A stretch of DNA of 62,141 nucleotides from Omnitrophica bacterium GWA2_41_15 (GCA_919902445.1 CAKKQZ010000060.1:1-62141); one strand, 5' to 3'. Positions 1-9,649 are shown, counted from the stretch's first letter. Made by a program: numbers and translations. The notes: generated by a model from the letters alone, not told the origin.

Positions 1-2
1 TT

Positions 3-233
3 GAAGTTGAGCGGGAAGGCAGGCAAATCCAGCAAATTGTCTTTGGCGCGCAAGCAAAACTAACCAATATAGGCACAGTATCATTTAACCTAAGGAACAA
101 CTTAAACAAAGATATAGGCGCGGAACTTGAGTTGTCGCATAATATCTTTAACGAAGACGGACAGGTATTCCTGCGCCTGCTTAAAGAAAGACGGGAATTA
201 GCCATACTTGCAGGCGTTGGCTGGAGGTGGTAG
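3..233 (+). CDS. 3' end of an unidentified ORF running off the left edge (C-terminus ...LAILAGVGWRW)
   Basis: Frame 3 is open from the window edge to TAG 231-233. It is absent from the supplied track because no start codon lies inside the window. The aromatic C-terminus is weakly compatible with an outer-membrane beta-barrel. Confidence 0.3.
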   Translation, partial: EVEREGRQIQQIVFGAQAKLTNIGTVSFNLRNNLNKDIGAELELSHNIFNEDGQVFLRLLKERRELAILAGVGWRW

Positions 234-287
234 GAATACTTAAAAACGAAACAAAGTGATTTTGTCCCTCACAAAAAATTAAAATTC

Positions 288-316
288 TTGACAAAATCTT
301 ATATATGATATATAGT
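288..316 (+). promoter_or_regulatory. sigma70-type promoter (TTGACA-17 nt-TATAGT)
   Basis: TTGACA at 288-293, 17-nt spacer, TATAGT at 311-316, upstream of the MerR-like gene. Confidence 0.5.
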
Positions 317-327
317 TACTATAGTAT

Positions 328-345
328 TTATTGTAATTACAATAA
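328..345. promoter_or_regulatory. perfect 18-bp palindrome, candidate operator
   Basis: TTATTGTAATTACAATAA is its own reverse complement. It lies 12 nt downstream of the predicted -10 box. Confidence 0.4.
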
Positions 346-408
346 GTCTAAGATACATGTAAAATAATATTTCTGTATGCGAGGTGCTTTGTTAAATAAC
401 GAAAAGTT

Positions 409-645
409 ATGAACAAAAAGCTGATTACGGTAAAAGAAATTGTCAATAAATTCAATATTACATTTCAAACAGTTAATCACTATACCAACTTAGGCTTACT
501 GTCTGTGGTAACTAAAAAGGGAAATGTACGGCTGTATGGTGAGACAGAAGTTAGAGAGAGGTTAGCGCAAATAACAAGGCTTGTCAGTGAAGGATATTCG
601 CTGGGTTTAATTCGGAAGAAGTTAGTCGGGTTGCGAAGCATATAA
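409..645 (+). CDS. MerR-family helix-turn-helix protein
   Basis: N-terminus ITVKEIVNKFNITFQTVNHYTNLGLL is a typical MerR-type HTH. Small 78-aa protein. Confidence 0.65.
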   Translation: MNKKLITVKEIVNKFNITFQTVNHYTNLGLLSVVTKKGNVRLYGETEVRERLAQITRLVSEGYSLGLIRKKLVGLRSI

Positions 646-797
646 AAATGCAGATATAAGATGCTGTAAGTGCAATAGTTTCAAAAGGTTTTCTCTCTGC
701 TCTAAGCGATGTTCAGGAAATAGGTAGTCTATGGGAGACTATAATCTGTATTGAGAGGATGTGCTAAATAATAAGATGAACTTTCGGAGGTTTTTAA

Positions 798-1100
798 ATG
801 TCGCCGCAGCAAAAAGTAATTAAAGTTTTACGCAGGGAAATTCCTTATTTAAAAGAGAATTACGGCGTGAAAAAAATAGCGCTGTTCGGCTCGGTTGTTA
901 AGGGTAAATATACTAAATCTAGCGATATCGATATGGTAGTGAGATTTAAAGAGCCGGATTTTGATAAATTTATGGGCATGGCGTTTTATTTAGAGAATTT
1001 ATTTCACAGAAAAGTTGATATCCTAACCCCAGAGGGCATCAGGGGGATAAGGGTAAAAAAAGTAGCAGAGGATATTAAAAGGAGCTTGGTTTATGTCTAA
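798..1100 (+). CDS. mntA: MNT-type nucleotidyltransferase antitoxin
   Basis: GSVVKGKYTKSSDIDMVV matches the GS...D.D nucleotidyltransferase motif. It overlaps the downstream HEPN gene by 8 nt. Confidence 0.85.
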   Translation: MSPQQKVIKVLRREIPYLKENYGVKKIALFGSVVKGKYTKSSDIDMVVRFKEPDFDKFMGMAFYLENLFHRKVDILTPEGIRGIRVKKVAEDIKRSLVYV

Positions 1101-1428
1101 AAGAGGGGATATAGAATTTCTTAGCGATATCAAAGAAGCGATAAAAAGAATAGATGAATATACTAAAGAAATTGACTGCGGTAAATTCCTGAAAGATAAA
1201 AAAACCCAGGATGCCGTTGTTCGGAATCTTCAAATCATTGGTGAGGCGGCAAAAAATATCACCTCTGATTTTAAGAAAAAATATACGGATATTGAGTGGA
1301 AAAAGCTTGCTGGTTTAAGAGATAAGATTACCCATTATTATTTTGGGATAAACTGGGATATTGTCTGGGATGTGGCAAAGAATAAATTACCGGCATTATT
1401 CGGAAAAGTTAAAGATATCCTTAACTGA
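1093..1428 (+). CDS. hepT: HEPN (DUF86) toxin
   Basis: RNLQIIGEAAKNI plus RDKITHYY (R-x4-H HEPN motif). Translationally coupled to the MNT gene. Confidence 0.85.
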   Translation: MSKRGDIEFLSDIKEAIKRIDEYTKEIDCGKFLKDKKTQDAVVRNLQIIGEAAKNITSDFKKKYTDIEWKKLAGLRDKITHYYFGINWDIVWDVAKNKLPALFGKVKDILN

Positions 1429-1451
1429 TGGAAAGAAAATAAGGTGGATTT

Positions 1452-1514
<63 letters not shown>

Positions 1515-1550
1515 GATAACTGGCTTAGTAGCATATTTGGAAAAGTTAAG

Positions 1551-1586
1551 CCCGAGCGTCTAGTTTTTAGATGCTTGGGTTTTTTA
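1551..1586 (+). terminator. rho-independent terminator
   Basis: 12-bp stem CCCGAGCGTCTA / TAGATGCTTGGG (two G-U pairs), 5-nt loop, followed by TTTTTTATTT. Confidence 0.6.
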
Positions 1587-1602
1587 TTTCTTAAGGGTAG
1601 GT

Positions 1603-1839
1603 ATGGAATATAGAAATTATATGGAAGAGCTGGCGATGGAGATTTTGGAGGGTATCTTAAAGGATAAGAAAGAATTCTGCGGATGCCAGAGATGTAGATT
1701 GGATACAATCGCCCTTACTCTAAATAATCTTCCTGCTAAGTACTGTGTTACTGATATAGGATGGGCACATACCAAACTAAAAGCCGCAGAACTGCAATTT
1801 AGGGCAGATGTAGTTAGACGAATTGACCAGGCTTGCTAA
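1603..1839 (+). CDS. ComFB-family protein
   Basis: NYMEELAMEILE...CGCQRCRLDTIALTLNNLPAKY resembles the ComFB fold signature, including the Cys cluster. Confidence 0.55.
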   Translation: MEYRNYMEELAMEILEGILKDKKEFCGCQRCRLDTIALTLNNLPAKYCVTDIGWAHTKLKAAELQFRADVVRRIDQAC

Positions 1840-2101
1840 ATCAAAGGGCGTTAATCTTATCTCCATCACTCCTAAGCAAGTAAAGGAAAAAGAAGCCCAC
1901 TATAAAATTCTACCCATTGAGATGGAGATAGAATCTACCTATGAAGATTTGGGTATATTTTTAGGTGCATTAGATAAACTAGAAAAGAGTTTAGCTATCA
2001 TAGATAGTTTTAGCGTGATTTCGGAGAAAGAAAGGTCGTTAAAGCTCAAAACAAAACTAGTAATAAATATGTATCTGGTGAGCGGAGAATATGCAGAATA
2101 A
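1823..2101 (+). CDS. PilO-family C-terminal fragment, N-terminally truncated paralogue of the ORF at 27547
   Basis: Aligns by eye with the C-terminal half of the PilO-like ORF 27547-28107 (YEDLGIFLGALDKL vs YKNLGEYLHKLRTD). The frame is closed by TAG at 1811-1813, the start is TTG, and there is no TM or coiled-coil part. Confidence 0.45.
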   Translation: MTRLAKSKGVNLISITPKQVKEKEAHYKILPIEMEIESTYEDLGIFLGALDKLEKSLAIIDSFSVISEKERSLKLKTKLVINMYLVSGEYAE

Positions 2102-2516
2102 AAAATTGGTAGTATTGGCTGTTTTAGGGCTCCTGGCTATTTTTAGTTTATTCTACGGCATCTTCACTCCTTCTAAAACAAGACGTCTACCTCAAGTGAA
2201 AGAGTCAGATATTCAATCTGTGAGAAAAGTTTCAATGACAGAAAAACCTATTTTGGCCCAAAGAGTTACAAAGAGGACAAATTATACCTCTTGGGCTAGA
2301 AATCCGTTTACACTCCAGAAAACTTCATCCAAGGTATTTGAGGGCCTGATCTTGGGTGGTATAATGTGGGATAAAGAAAAACCTCTCGCGATAATAAACG
2401 ATGAGATAGTAAAAATAGGCGATAATGTTAGTGGGAATATAGTAGTTGATATTAAACAAGATAAAGTAATTTTAAAAGATGGCGCTAAGGATTTTGAACT
2501 TCGAATAGGAGAATGA
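2091..2516 (+). CDS. PilP-like small membrane-anchored pilus assembly protein, paralogue of 28110-28559
   Basis: N-terminal TM helix. C-terminus LILGGIMWDKEKPLAIINDEIVKIGDNV...DFELRI parallels LRLTGIVWDDKRPQALINGAIVQEGDAI...YFEIRL of ORF 28110. Confidence 0.5.
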   Translation: MQNKKLVVLAVLGLLAIFSLFYGIFTPSKTRRLPQVKESDIQSVRKVSMTEKPILAQRVTKRTNYTSWARNPFTLQKTSSKVFEGLILGGIMWDKEKPLAIINDEIVKIGDNVSGNIVVDIKQDKVILKDGAKDFELRIGE

Positions 2517-2843
2517 CGCAATCCTTTTGTACAAATATTTTTTAAGCCAATTAAGAAAAAAATCGCTTAAAGAGAAGGCAGAATGGAATAAGATTTATTA
2601 ACGAAAGGTAGTTTTTTAAAGAGATCTTCAAGGGTTTTTTCCTTAGAGGCAATAATGTAATGCTTCCTATGAGTCAAAGGAATTCCTAAACATTATCCTA
2701 CCGTACTTTCTTTTGTATAAATCTCAAAGGTATTATTCTTTAATCTTATCCTATTTATGCGGGACTTTGGAATCCAGAATTTCCTGCCATTATCTACCAG
2801 TATCGCCTTGTTTGTTTCAAACAGGCAGCCCACAGGAGAATCC

Positions 2844-2871
2844 TTGACTTCGCGGCTTTTGTGTGTATAAT
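2844..2871 (+). promoter_or_regulatory. sigma70-type promoter (TTGACT-16 nt-TATAAT)
   Basis: TTGACT at 2844-2849 and TATAAT at 2866-2871, about 75 nt upstream of eno. Confidence 0.5.
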
Positions 2872-2903
2872 TATCCTACTGCTTTGGAAGTTTTTATAAA
2901 ATT

Positions 2904-2925
2904 CCCTCTCCAAGCGGGGAGAGGG
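2904..2925 (+). other. GC-rich hairpin in the predicted eno 5' UTR
   Basis: CCCTCTCC (2904-2911) pairs with GGAGAGGG (2918-2925), followed by GGTTAGGGTGAGGGAGA that contains the RBS. Confidence 0.4.
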
Positions 2926-2934
2926 TTAGGGTGA

Positions 2935-4209
<1,275 letters not shown>

Positions 4210-4221
4210 ATATAGTGAGCG

Positions 4222-4506
4222 ATGCTACCGATATTAAGAAAGGCATTCTGGCTTTTTGGCCTCTCGGTTTTTTTACTGTTTATATTCTTGCCGGGTTACA
4301 CAAAGCTACAGGAATTAAGGGATAAGAATCGAGAGCTTGAAGTAAAGATAAAACATTTAAGCATAGATAACGCTCTTTTACAGCAGGAACTTAGCCGTAT
4401 CGAAAACGACCCCTTTTACCAGGAGAAAATAGCCAGGGAAAAGATGGGTGTTGTAAGAAAAGGCGAGGTTCCCGTAAAGATATTTATCGATAAAAATAAA
4501 AGATAA
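4222..4506 (+). CDS. ftsB: septum formation initiator FtsB/DivIC family
   Basis: One TM helix plus a coiled coil and DPFYQEKIAREKMGVVRKGE. Sits in the conserved position after eno. Confidence 0.75.
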   Translation: MLPILRKAFWLFGLSVFLLFIFLPGYTKLQELRDKNRELEVKIKHLSIDNALLQQELSRIENDPFYQEKIAREKMGVVRKGEVPVKIFIDKNKR

Positions 4507-4582
4507 TATACAATTCTCTGGCATTATCAGGATAATGTGATAAAATAAAATTCACTGTTCTTTAGAAAATTAAATAAGATTT

Positions 4583-4656
4583 AGCGGGGTGGAGCAGCCT
4601 GGTAGCTCGCAAGGCTCATAACCTTGAGGTCCTGAGTTCAAATCTCAGCCCCGCAA
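4583..4656 (+). tRNA. tRNA-Met (anticodon CAT), initiator-like
   Basis: A 74-nt cloverleaf folds by hand: acceptor GCGGGG/CCCCGC, D arm GAGC-AGCCTGGTA-GCTC, anticodon loop CTCATAA, T arm CTGAG-TTCAAAT-CTCAG. Position 1:72 is an A/A mismatch and 11:24 is A:T, as in initiator tRNA. No encoded CCA. Ends are +/-1 nt. Confidence 0.9.
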
Positions 4657-4662
4657 ATAAAT

Positions 4663-4704
4663 AAAGCCGTAGGAAGCTTAAATTTACCCTACGGCTTTAT
4701 TTTT
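4663..4704 (+). terminator. rho-independent terminator after the tRNA
   Basis: 11-bp stem AAAGCCGTAGG / CCTACGGCTTT followed by ATTTTTA. Confidence 0.6.
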
Positions 4705-4795
4705 ATCTTACGCTTTTATACTTAACATTTTAAAATAGTAATGTTTACCTAAAATGCCTTGAAAATGGCCGCTCCTTATGTTAACCTAATTCCCT

Positions 4796-6466
4796 ATGGA
4801 AAAACTCTGGGAATTTAAGTATCTATTAATTTTAATTATCCTTTCTTATTTTTTCCTGATGTTCGGGAACGGGATTCTTAGCCTGACTAATCCGGATGAG
4901 GTTTTTTACGCCCAGACAGCCAGGGAGATGGTTAAGCATAACAGCTGGATGACCCCTCACCTTTTCGGCCAGCCGCAGTTTGAAAAACCCATTCTTACCT
5001 ACTGGCTTTTAAGGCTCGCGTTCATTATCTTTGGGATTACTTCTTTTTCTGCGCGTTTCTTTCCTGCGCTTTTTGCAATGATTGGGGTTGTCGCTGTTTA
5101 TTTCTTCGGGCTGCTTTGGTTTAAAGACGAAAAAAAGGCATTTCTTTCCGGTTTAATCTTGATGTCCGGAGGGCTTTATATAGGGTTAGCCAGGACTTTA
5201 TTTACTGACCTGATTTTTTCAATTTTCATCCTGTTTTCATTATTGTCTTTTTTCTGGGGGTATTCTGCCCGAGACAAGAAGACAGCCGGATTATTGCTAT
5301 TTTTTATATTTTCTGCCTTAGCTGTTTTAACAAAAGGGCCGCTGGGATTTTTAATACCTATTTTTACCGTATGTGTATTCCTGTTTATTAAAGCAGATAT
5401 AAAATTTTTATTTTGCAAAAGTTTGGTTTGGGGTTTTTTAATATTTTTGGCGATATCCCTCCCATGGTATATGCTTATGGCCACTAAATTCGGACGCAGC
5501 TTTACCTACGAATTTTTCTATAATGACCATATCCGCCGCGTTTTAGAAGCAGAGCATAGCGGTAACGACACATGGTATTTTTACCCGGTCTCTATAATCG
5601 GGTGTATGTTTCCCTGGAGCCTGTTTGTTGCCGGCTCTTTGATGTACCTGCCGAAATATTTAAGGCGAAAAGAAAATCCGTTTCTTATATTTTTGGCCAG
5701 CTGGATCGTGGCTGTTTTTATCATTTTTCAATTCGCGCATTCAAAATTAACCAGCTATATTTTTCCGCTTTTCCCGGCGCTCGCCCTTTTTACCGCGCAT
5801 TTTATTACTGAAAAAATGGAAGCTAAAAAACGCATTATTTTATTCATCTCTTTGTTTAATATATTTATCCTTATTTTGATCCTGTCGGGGTTAATTTTTG
5901 GGTTAATCCGGTATCAGGGGCTAATAATTCAATATATGCAATCGGGCTTTCCGGTTTTTTTCCTGATCGCAGGTTTTTTCGCATTGATTATATTGATTAT
6001 AAAACTTATCCTTCAGAAAAAATTATTAAGGGCTGTGTGCTCTTTTGCCCTGGTTATGCCGGTAATATTAATCATTGTCCCTTTAATAAAAAATGGCATT
6101 GAGCAGTATCTGTCTTCAAAATTGGCAAGCGGCTACTTGTTAAAAAATTACGATGTGAAAAATACGATTATTTGCTCAAAGCCATATGTAAGGGGGGTGC
6201 GTTATTATACGCAAAAGGAGGTTGCCTGCACAAGTATCCCCGGGCTTCCTTTTTTTAGCCCTCACCCCATACCCTTCCTTAATAAGGATGAATTGGTGCA
6301 GGATTTCCTGCGTAAGCAATCCACAACTTATTGCGTGCTTAAGAAGTCTTCGATTGAGGATATCCAGCGTTTAACCGAAGGCAACGATTTCAAATGCACG
6401 TTATTAAAGGTAATCGGGAATGAATATCTTATAAAAATCGAGCATCTCTCCAAAGCTCAGAAATAA
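4796..6466 (+). CDS. ArnT/PMT-family (GT39/GT83-like) membrane glycosyltransferase
   Basis: Polytopic 556-aa protein. N-terminal PDEVFYAQTAREM...W..P...G.P.FEKP.L.YW motif is typical of ArnT/dolichyl-phosphate-mannose transferases. Confidence 0.75.
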   Translation: MEKLWEFKYLLILIILSYFFLMFGNGILSLTNPDEVFYAQTAREMVKHNSWMTPHLFGQPQFEKPILTYWLLRLAFIIFGITSFSARFFPALFAMIGVVAVYFFGLLWFKDEKKAFLSGLILMSGGLYIGLARTLFTDLIFSIFILFSLLSFFWGYSARDKKTAGLLLFFIFSALAVLTKGPLGFLIPIFTVCVFLFIKADIKFLFCKSLVWGFLIFLAISLPWYMLMATKFGRSFTYEFFYNDHIRRVLEAEHSGNDTWYFYPVSIIGCMFPWSLFVAGSLMYLPKYLRRKENPFLIFLASWIVAVFIIFQFAHSKLTSYIFPLFPALALFTAHFITEKMEAKKRIILFISLFNIFILILILSGLIFGLIRYQGLIIQYMQSGFPVFFLIAGFFALIILIIKLILQKKLLRAVCSFALVMPVILIIVPLIKNGIEQYLSSKLASGYLLKNYDVKNTIICSKPYVRGVRYYTQKEVACTSIPGLPFFSPHPIPFLNKDELVQDFLRKQSTTYCVLKKSSIEDIQRLTEGNDFKCTLLKVIGNEYLIKIEHLSKAQK

Positions 6467-6479
6467 CCCATTTTCCCAC

Positions 6480-6508
6480 TTGACAATATTCCCACTATAG
6501 TGTATACT
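6480..6508 (+). promoter_or_regulatory. sigma70-type promoter (TTGACA-17 nt-TATACT) with direct TTCCCACT repeats
   Basis: TTGACA at 6480-6485 and TATACT at 6503-6508. TTCCCACT occurs twice around the -35 box, a possible TA autoregulation site. Confidence 0.6.
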
Positions 6509-6529
6509 CTATGTGGAAAAGGAGGAGGT

Positions 6530-6874
6530 ATGAAAACAATTAAATCTCACAGCAAGACCAAGAAAGAAACAGTTGATATCCATGAGGAGTTCATCCCGTA
6601 CCAGACTAAGCCGCTTGACTCCAAATATAGGATTACTTTAGGTGGTAGACTTACTAAGTTAATTGGCAGGCGGATGAATGCGGAAGCATACCAGATTTTT
6701 GTCGGTAGAAATGGGGATATTTTGTTAAGGCCGTCAGTATCTATTCCTAGCAATGAGGCTTGGGTATACCAAAACCCTGAGGTCATTGAAAAGGTCCGTA
6801 AGGGTCTCCAAGAAGCACGGGAAGGCAAAACTGAACGCGTAGATGATCTGGAATCATTCTTGGATAAATTATGA
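6530..6874 (+). CDS. antitoxin, SpoVT/AbrB-like
   Basis: ATG 6530 is preceded by AAGGAGGAGG. The track start at 6500 (GTG) lies inside the -10 region. KYRITLGGRL looks AbrB-like. Overlaps the toxin gene by 4 nt. Confidence 0.55.
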   Translation: MKTIKSHSKTKKETVDIHEEFIPYQTKPLDSKYRITLGGRLTKLIGRRMNAEAYQIFVGRNGDILLRPSVSIPSNEAWVYQNPEVIEKVRKGLQEAREGKTERVDDLESFLDKL

Positions 6875-7167
6875 GGTTCTTCTTAAGCTTTACGCCAACC
6901 GCCAAGGCTAACCTTAAAGAGCTAAAGAAGCCAGTTCATCTTGAGAAGCGCTTTAAGTCAGTATCTAAAGCCTTGAAGTTTCTACAAGAGGACCCGCGCC
7001 ATCCTAGTTTGCAGACACATGAGTTCTCTTCGTTTAAGGGGCCCCGTGGAGAGAAAGTTTTTGAGGCTTATGCCGAGCAGAATACGCCTGCTGCCTATAG
7101 AATATTTTTCTTTTACGGCCAGCAGAAGGGAGAGATTGTTATTGTGGCAATCACGCCTCATCCATAG
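6871..7167 (+). CDS. RelE/ParE-family toxin
   Basis: 98 aa. DPRHPSLQTHEF...AYRIFFFY...IVIVAITPHP is a typical RelE/ParE C-terminus. Confidence 0.65.
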   Translation: MRFFLSFTPTAKANLKELKKPVHLEKRFKSVSKALKFLQEDPRHPSLQTHEFSSFKGPRGEKVFEAYAEQNTPAAYRIFFFYGQQKGEIVIVAITPHP

Positions 7168-7307
7168 AAGGAGGCAAGATCCTTGCTTGCGGTATTTGCA
7201 TTAAATCCCGCAATCAGGAAGGCACCGAGATGTGTCCTATCAACACGATGAAGGACATGTACTAAATCGTCAAGGAAAGCGATAAAGTAGTTACTTTTTA
7301 GATTGGA

Positions 7308-7664
7308 ATGAAAGAAAAAATAGAGAGCCTCTTTAAAACCATAGACAAAAAGGATGCAGCGGGATTCGTCTCTTTTCTCGCTGAAGGTGCCTCTTTTAAA
7401 TTCGCAAATACTCCGGAAGTAGTTGGCAGGGAGAATATCCAAAATGCTGTAGCTAACTTTTTCTCAAGTATAAAGGGCCTGCGCCACAGGATATTAATGG
7501 TATATGAAGCCGGAGATTTTTTAATTTGTGAAGGGGAGGTAACTTATATAAAGCATGACGGAACAGAATTGACCCTTCCATTCGCGGATATCCTGAAAAT
7601 CAAAGGCGGACTGATATCGGATTACCGCATTTATATGGACCCTTCCCCGCTTTACAATAAATGA
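7308..7664 (+). CDS. SnoaL/NTF2-like fold protein
   Basis: 118 aa. Pattern D...F..F......F.F......G...I......F resembles ketosteroid-isomerase-like proteins. Confidence 0.5.
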   Translation: MKEKIESLFKTIDKKDAAGFVSFLAEGASFKFANTPEVVGRENIQNAVANFFSSIKGLRHRILMVYEAGDFLICEGEVTYIKHDGTELTLPFADILKIKGGLISDYRIYMDPSPLYNK

Positions 7665-7686
7665 AAGTAATGTTATAATTAAACTC

Positions 7687-8181
7687 ATGAGAAATAAGAC
7701 AGTAGTAGAATCAGCGACAACGCTCTCAGAAGTAATGATGCCCATATACGCCAACCACTACGGAAGCGTGCATGGCGGGACGATTCTAAAGTTAGCCGAT
7801 GAAGCGGCATTTGTTAGTGCGACTAAACACGCCAGAAAAAATGTAGTAGTCGCCTCTATGGACCATATGGAATTCAGGCATCCTGTGAACGTCGGAGACC
7901 TGCTTTCCCTTTCCGCTTCAATATTCCACGTAGGAAGGACCTCAATGGATGTAGAGGTAAAAATTCAGGCGGAGAAGATCAAGGAGGGGAAGAAAGTCTA
8001 TATCGGCTCTGCGTACCTGACGATGGTGGCGCTTGATGAAAAAGGAAGGCCAACAAAAGTCCCGGGCCTTATTTTAAAGACAAAAGAGGAGAAGGAGAAA
8101 AGTAGAGAAATAAAATTAAGAAGAGAAAAGCGCATTGCGCACCTTGAGGGAAGAATAAAACTCAATGGACAATTGGAATAA
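7687..8181 (+). CDS. acyl-CoA thioesterase (hotdog fold, YciA-like)
   Basis: MPIYANHYGSVHGGTILKLADEAAFVSA and GRTSMDVEV motifs. Confidence 0.8.
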   Translation: MRNKTVVESATTLSEVMMPIYANHYGSVHGGTILKLADEAAFVSATKHARKNVVVASMDHMEFRHPVNVGDLLSLSASIFHVGRTSMDVEVKIQAEKIKEGKKVYIGSAYLTMVALDEKGRPTKVPGLILKTKEEKEKSREIKLRREKRIAHLEGRIKLNGQLE

Positions 8182-9649
8182 GTTAAATCTCCTCACCCGC
8201 AAAGAATTAAGGGAATTACAGAATAACAAACTGCGCTTTTTTCTATCCCGCCAGATATACCCCTTTAGCCAGTATTACCGCAAGTTATTAGACCAGCATA
8301 AGATCAAGCCGGAATATATAAAGACTGTCGAAGACCTTAGGATTATCCCCTTTACAAAAAAAGAAGATTTTCTTCCTACAAAAGAAAATCCCAGCCGTTT
8401 TGTTGATTTTATCCTTCATCCCGATGAATCGCTGATAAAAAAATACTGGCCAAAACATAAACTCCTTGGGATGCTGTTATTGAAGGCATTTAAAGGGAAT
8501 GAATATGTAAGGATGAGGCTTCAAAAAGAATACCGCCCGATTTTTCTGACCGCAACAACCGGCACCACAAACCAGCCGGTTTCTTTTTTGTACACCGATT
8601 ATGACATAGAAAATTTACGTATATCAGGATACAGGTTATTGGAGGTATTTGCGGGTAAAGGCGATATCCGCGCGGTAAATATTTTTCCTTATGCCCCGCA
8701 CCTTGCGTTTTGGCAGACAGTATTTGCAGGTTTAGCGCATAATAATTTTCTGCTTAGTACCGGAGGAGGAAAGGTAATGGGCACGCAGGGTAATATCGAC
8801 GCCATATCAAAAGCCAGGCCCAGCATTATCATTGGCGTGCCAAGTTATATGTATCATTTAATCCGCACAGCCAAAGAACTGGGCAAGGATTTTAGTTTTG
8901 TGCAGAAGGTTGTTTTAGGCGCCTCAGCTGTCCCTCTGGGGTTTAAAGAGAAGTTAGCCTCATTGTTAAAAAGCATGGGAGCAAAACACGTGAGAGTTTT
9001 CGGGACTTACGGGTTTACCGAGGCAAAATGCGCATGGGGAGAATGCCCTACTCCTGTAAAGATTTCAAGCGGATATCATACTTACCCTGATAAAGAAATT
9101 TTTGAGGTTATTGACCCGGAAACAGGCGACGTGAAAAATGAGGGAGAAGACGGAGAGCTTGTTTATACAAATATAGATGCGCGTGGAAGCTGCGTTTTGC
9201 GTTATCGCACAGGAGATTTAGTTAAAGGGGGGATTACTTATCAAAGATGCCCTTATTGCAAGAGGACCGTTCCGCGCATATCCAGCGAAATAACGCGCGC
9301 CTCTAATATTAAATCCTTACGCCTGTCAAAGATAAAAGGGGCATTGGTAAACCTGAATACCTTCGGCCAGATTTTAGAAGGGGAAAAAGTGGTTGAGGAG
9401 TGGCAGGTTGAAATCAGAAAAAAAGATAATGACCCTTATGAGGTTGATGAGTTGATTATTTACGTGAGTTTATCGCGCGGGGCCAAAGAGCAGGAGATAA
9501 AAGAGAAGTTAAGAAATAAGATTCATGATTCGACAGAAGTTACGCCGAATGAGGTAGTTGTCCTGCCGCATAAAGAGATGCTGGAACGGGTTGAGATGGA
9601 GATTTCCCATAAGGTAAAAAGGCTGGTTGACAAGCGGCCAAAGGCTTAA
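8165..9649 (+). CDS. PaaK-like adenylate-forming CoA ligase
   Basis: TATTGTTNQPVSF P-loop-like AMP motif, YGFTEA, and YRTGDL typical of phenylacetate-CoA ligase/F390 synthetase relatives. Confidence 0.7.
   Translation: MDNWNKLNLLTRKELRELQNNKLRFFLSRQIYPFSQYYRKLLDQHKIKPEYIKTVEDLRIIPFTKKEDFLPTKENPSRFVDFILHPDESLIKKYWPKHKLLGMLLLKAFKGNEYVRMRLQKEYRPIFLTATTGTTNQPVSFLYTDYDIENLRISGYRLLEVFAGKGDIRAVNIFPYAPHLAFWQTVFAGLAHNNFLLSTGGGKVMGTQGNIDAISKARPSIIIGVPSYMYHLIRTAKELGKDFSFVQKVVLGASAVPLGFKEKLASLLKSMGAKHVRVFGTYGFTEAKCAWGECPTPVKISSGYHTYPDKEIFEVIDPETGDVKNEGEDGELVYTNIDARGSCVLRYRTGDLVKGGITYQRCPYCKRTVPRISSEITRASNIKSLRLSKIKGALVNLNTFGQILEGEKVVEEWQVEIRKKDNDPYEVDELIIYVSLSRGAKEQEIKEKLRNKIHDSTEVTPNEVVVLPHKEMLERVEMEISHKVKRLVDKRPKA

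Noticed and set aside
2620-2840. Minus-strand open stretch in the 430-bp gap before eno (…VKDSPVGCLFETNKAILVDNGRKFWIPKSRINRIRLKNNTFEIYTKESTVG)
   Set aside because: It has no start codon and is closed upstream by a stop after about 55 codons. It may be a relic of a small phage- or plasmid-type protein, but that cannot be supported from the sequence alone.
2904-2925. GC-rich palindrome CCCTCTCC...GGAGAGGG as a member of a repeat family
   Set aside because: Only one copy is visible in this window. It resembles a generic intergenic hairpin seen in many genomes. It is kept as a structural feature but not treated as a finding.
4583-4795. tRNA-Met as an integration hotspot for a genomic island
   Set aside because: There is no integrase, no direct repeat of the tRNA 3' end, and no compositional break downstream. 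The next gene is an ordinary ArnT-like glycosyltransferase.
7167-7264. Short open frame after the RelE/ParE toxin (…EGGKILACGICIKSRNQEGTEMCPINTMKDMY) that looks like the C-terminus of a larger protein
   Set aside because: About 32 codons with no start. It could be the remnant of a gene disrupted by TA insertion, but identification (DsrE-like?) is a guess. The overlapping 94-aa minus-strand ORF 7158-7442 has no support either.
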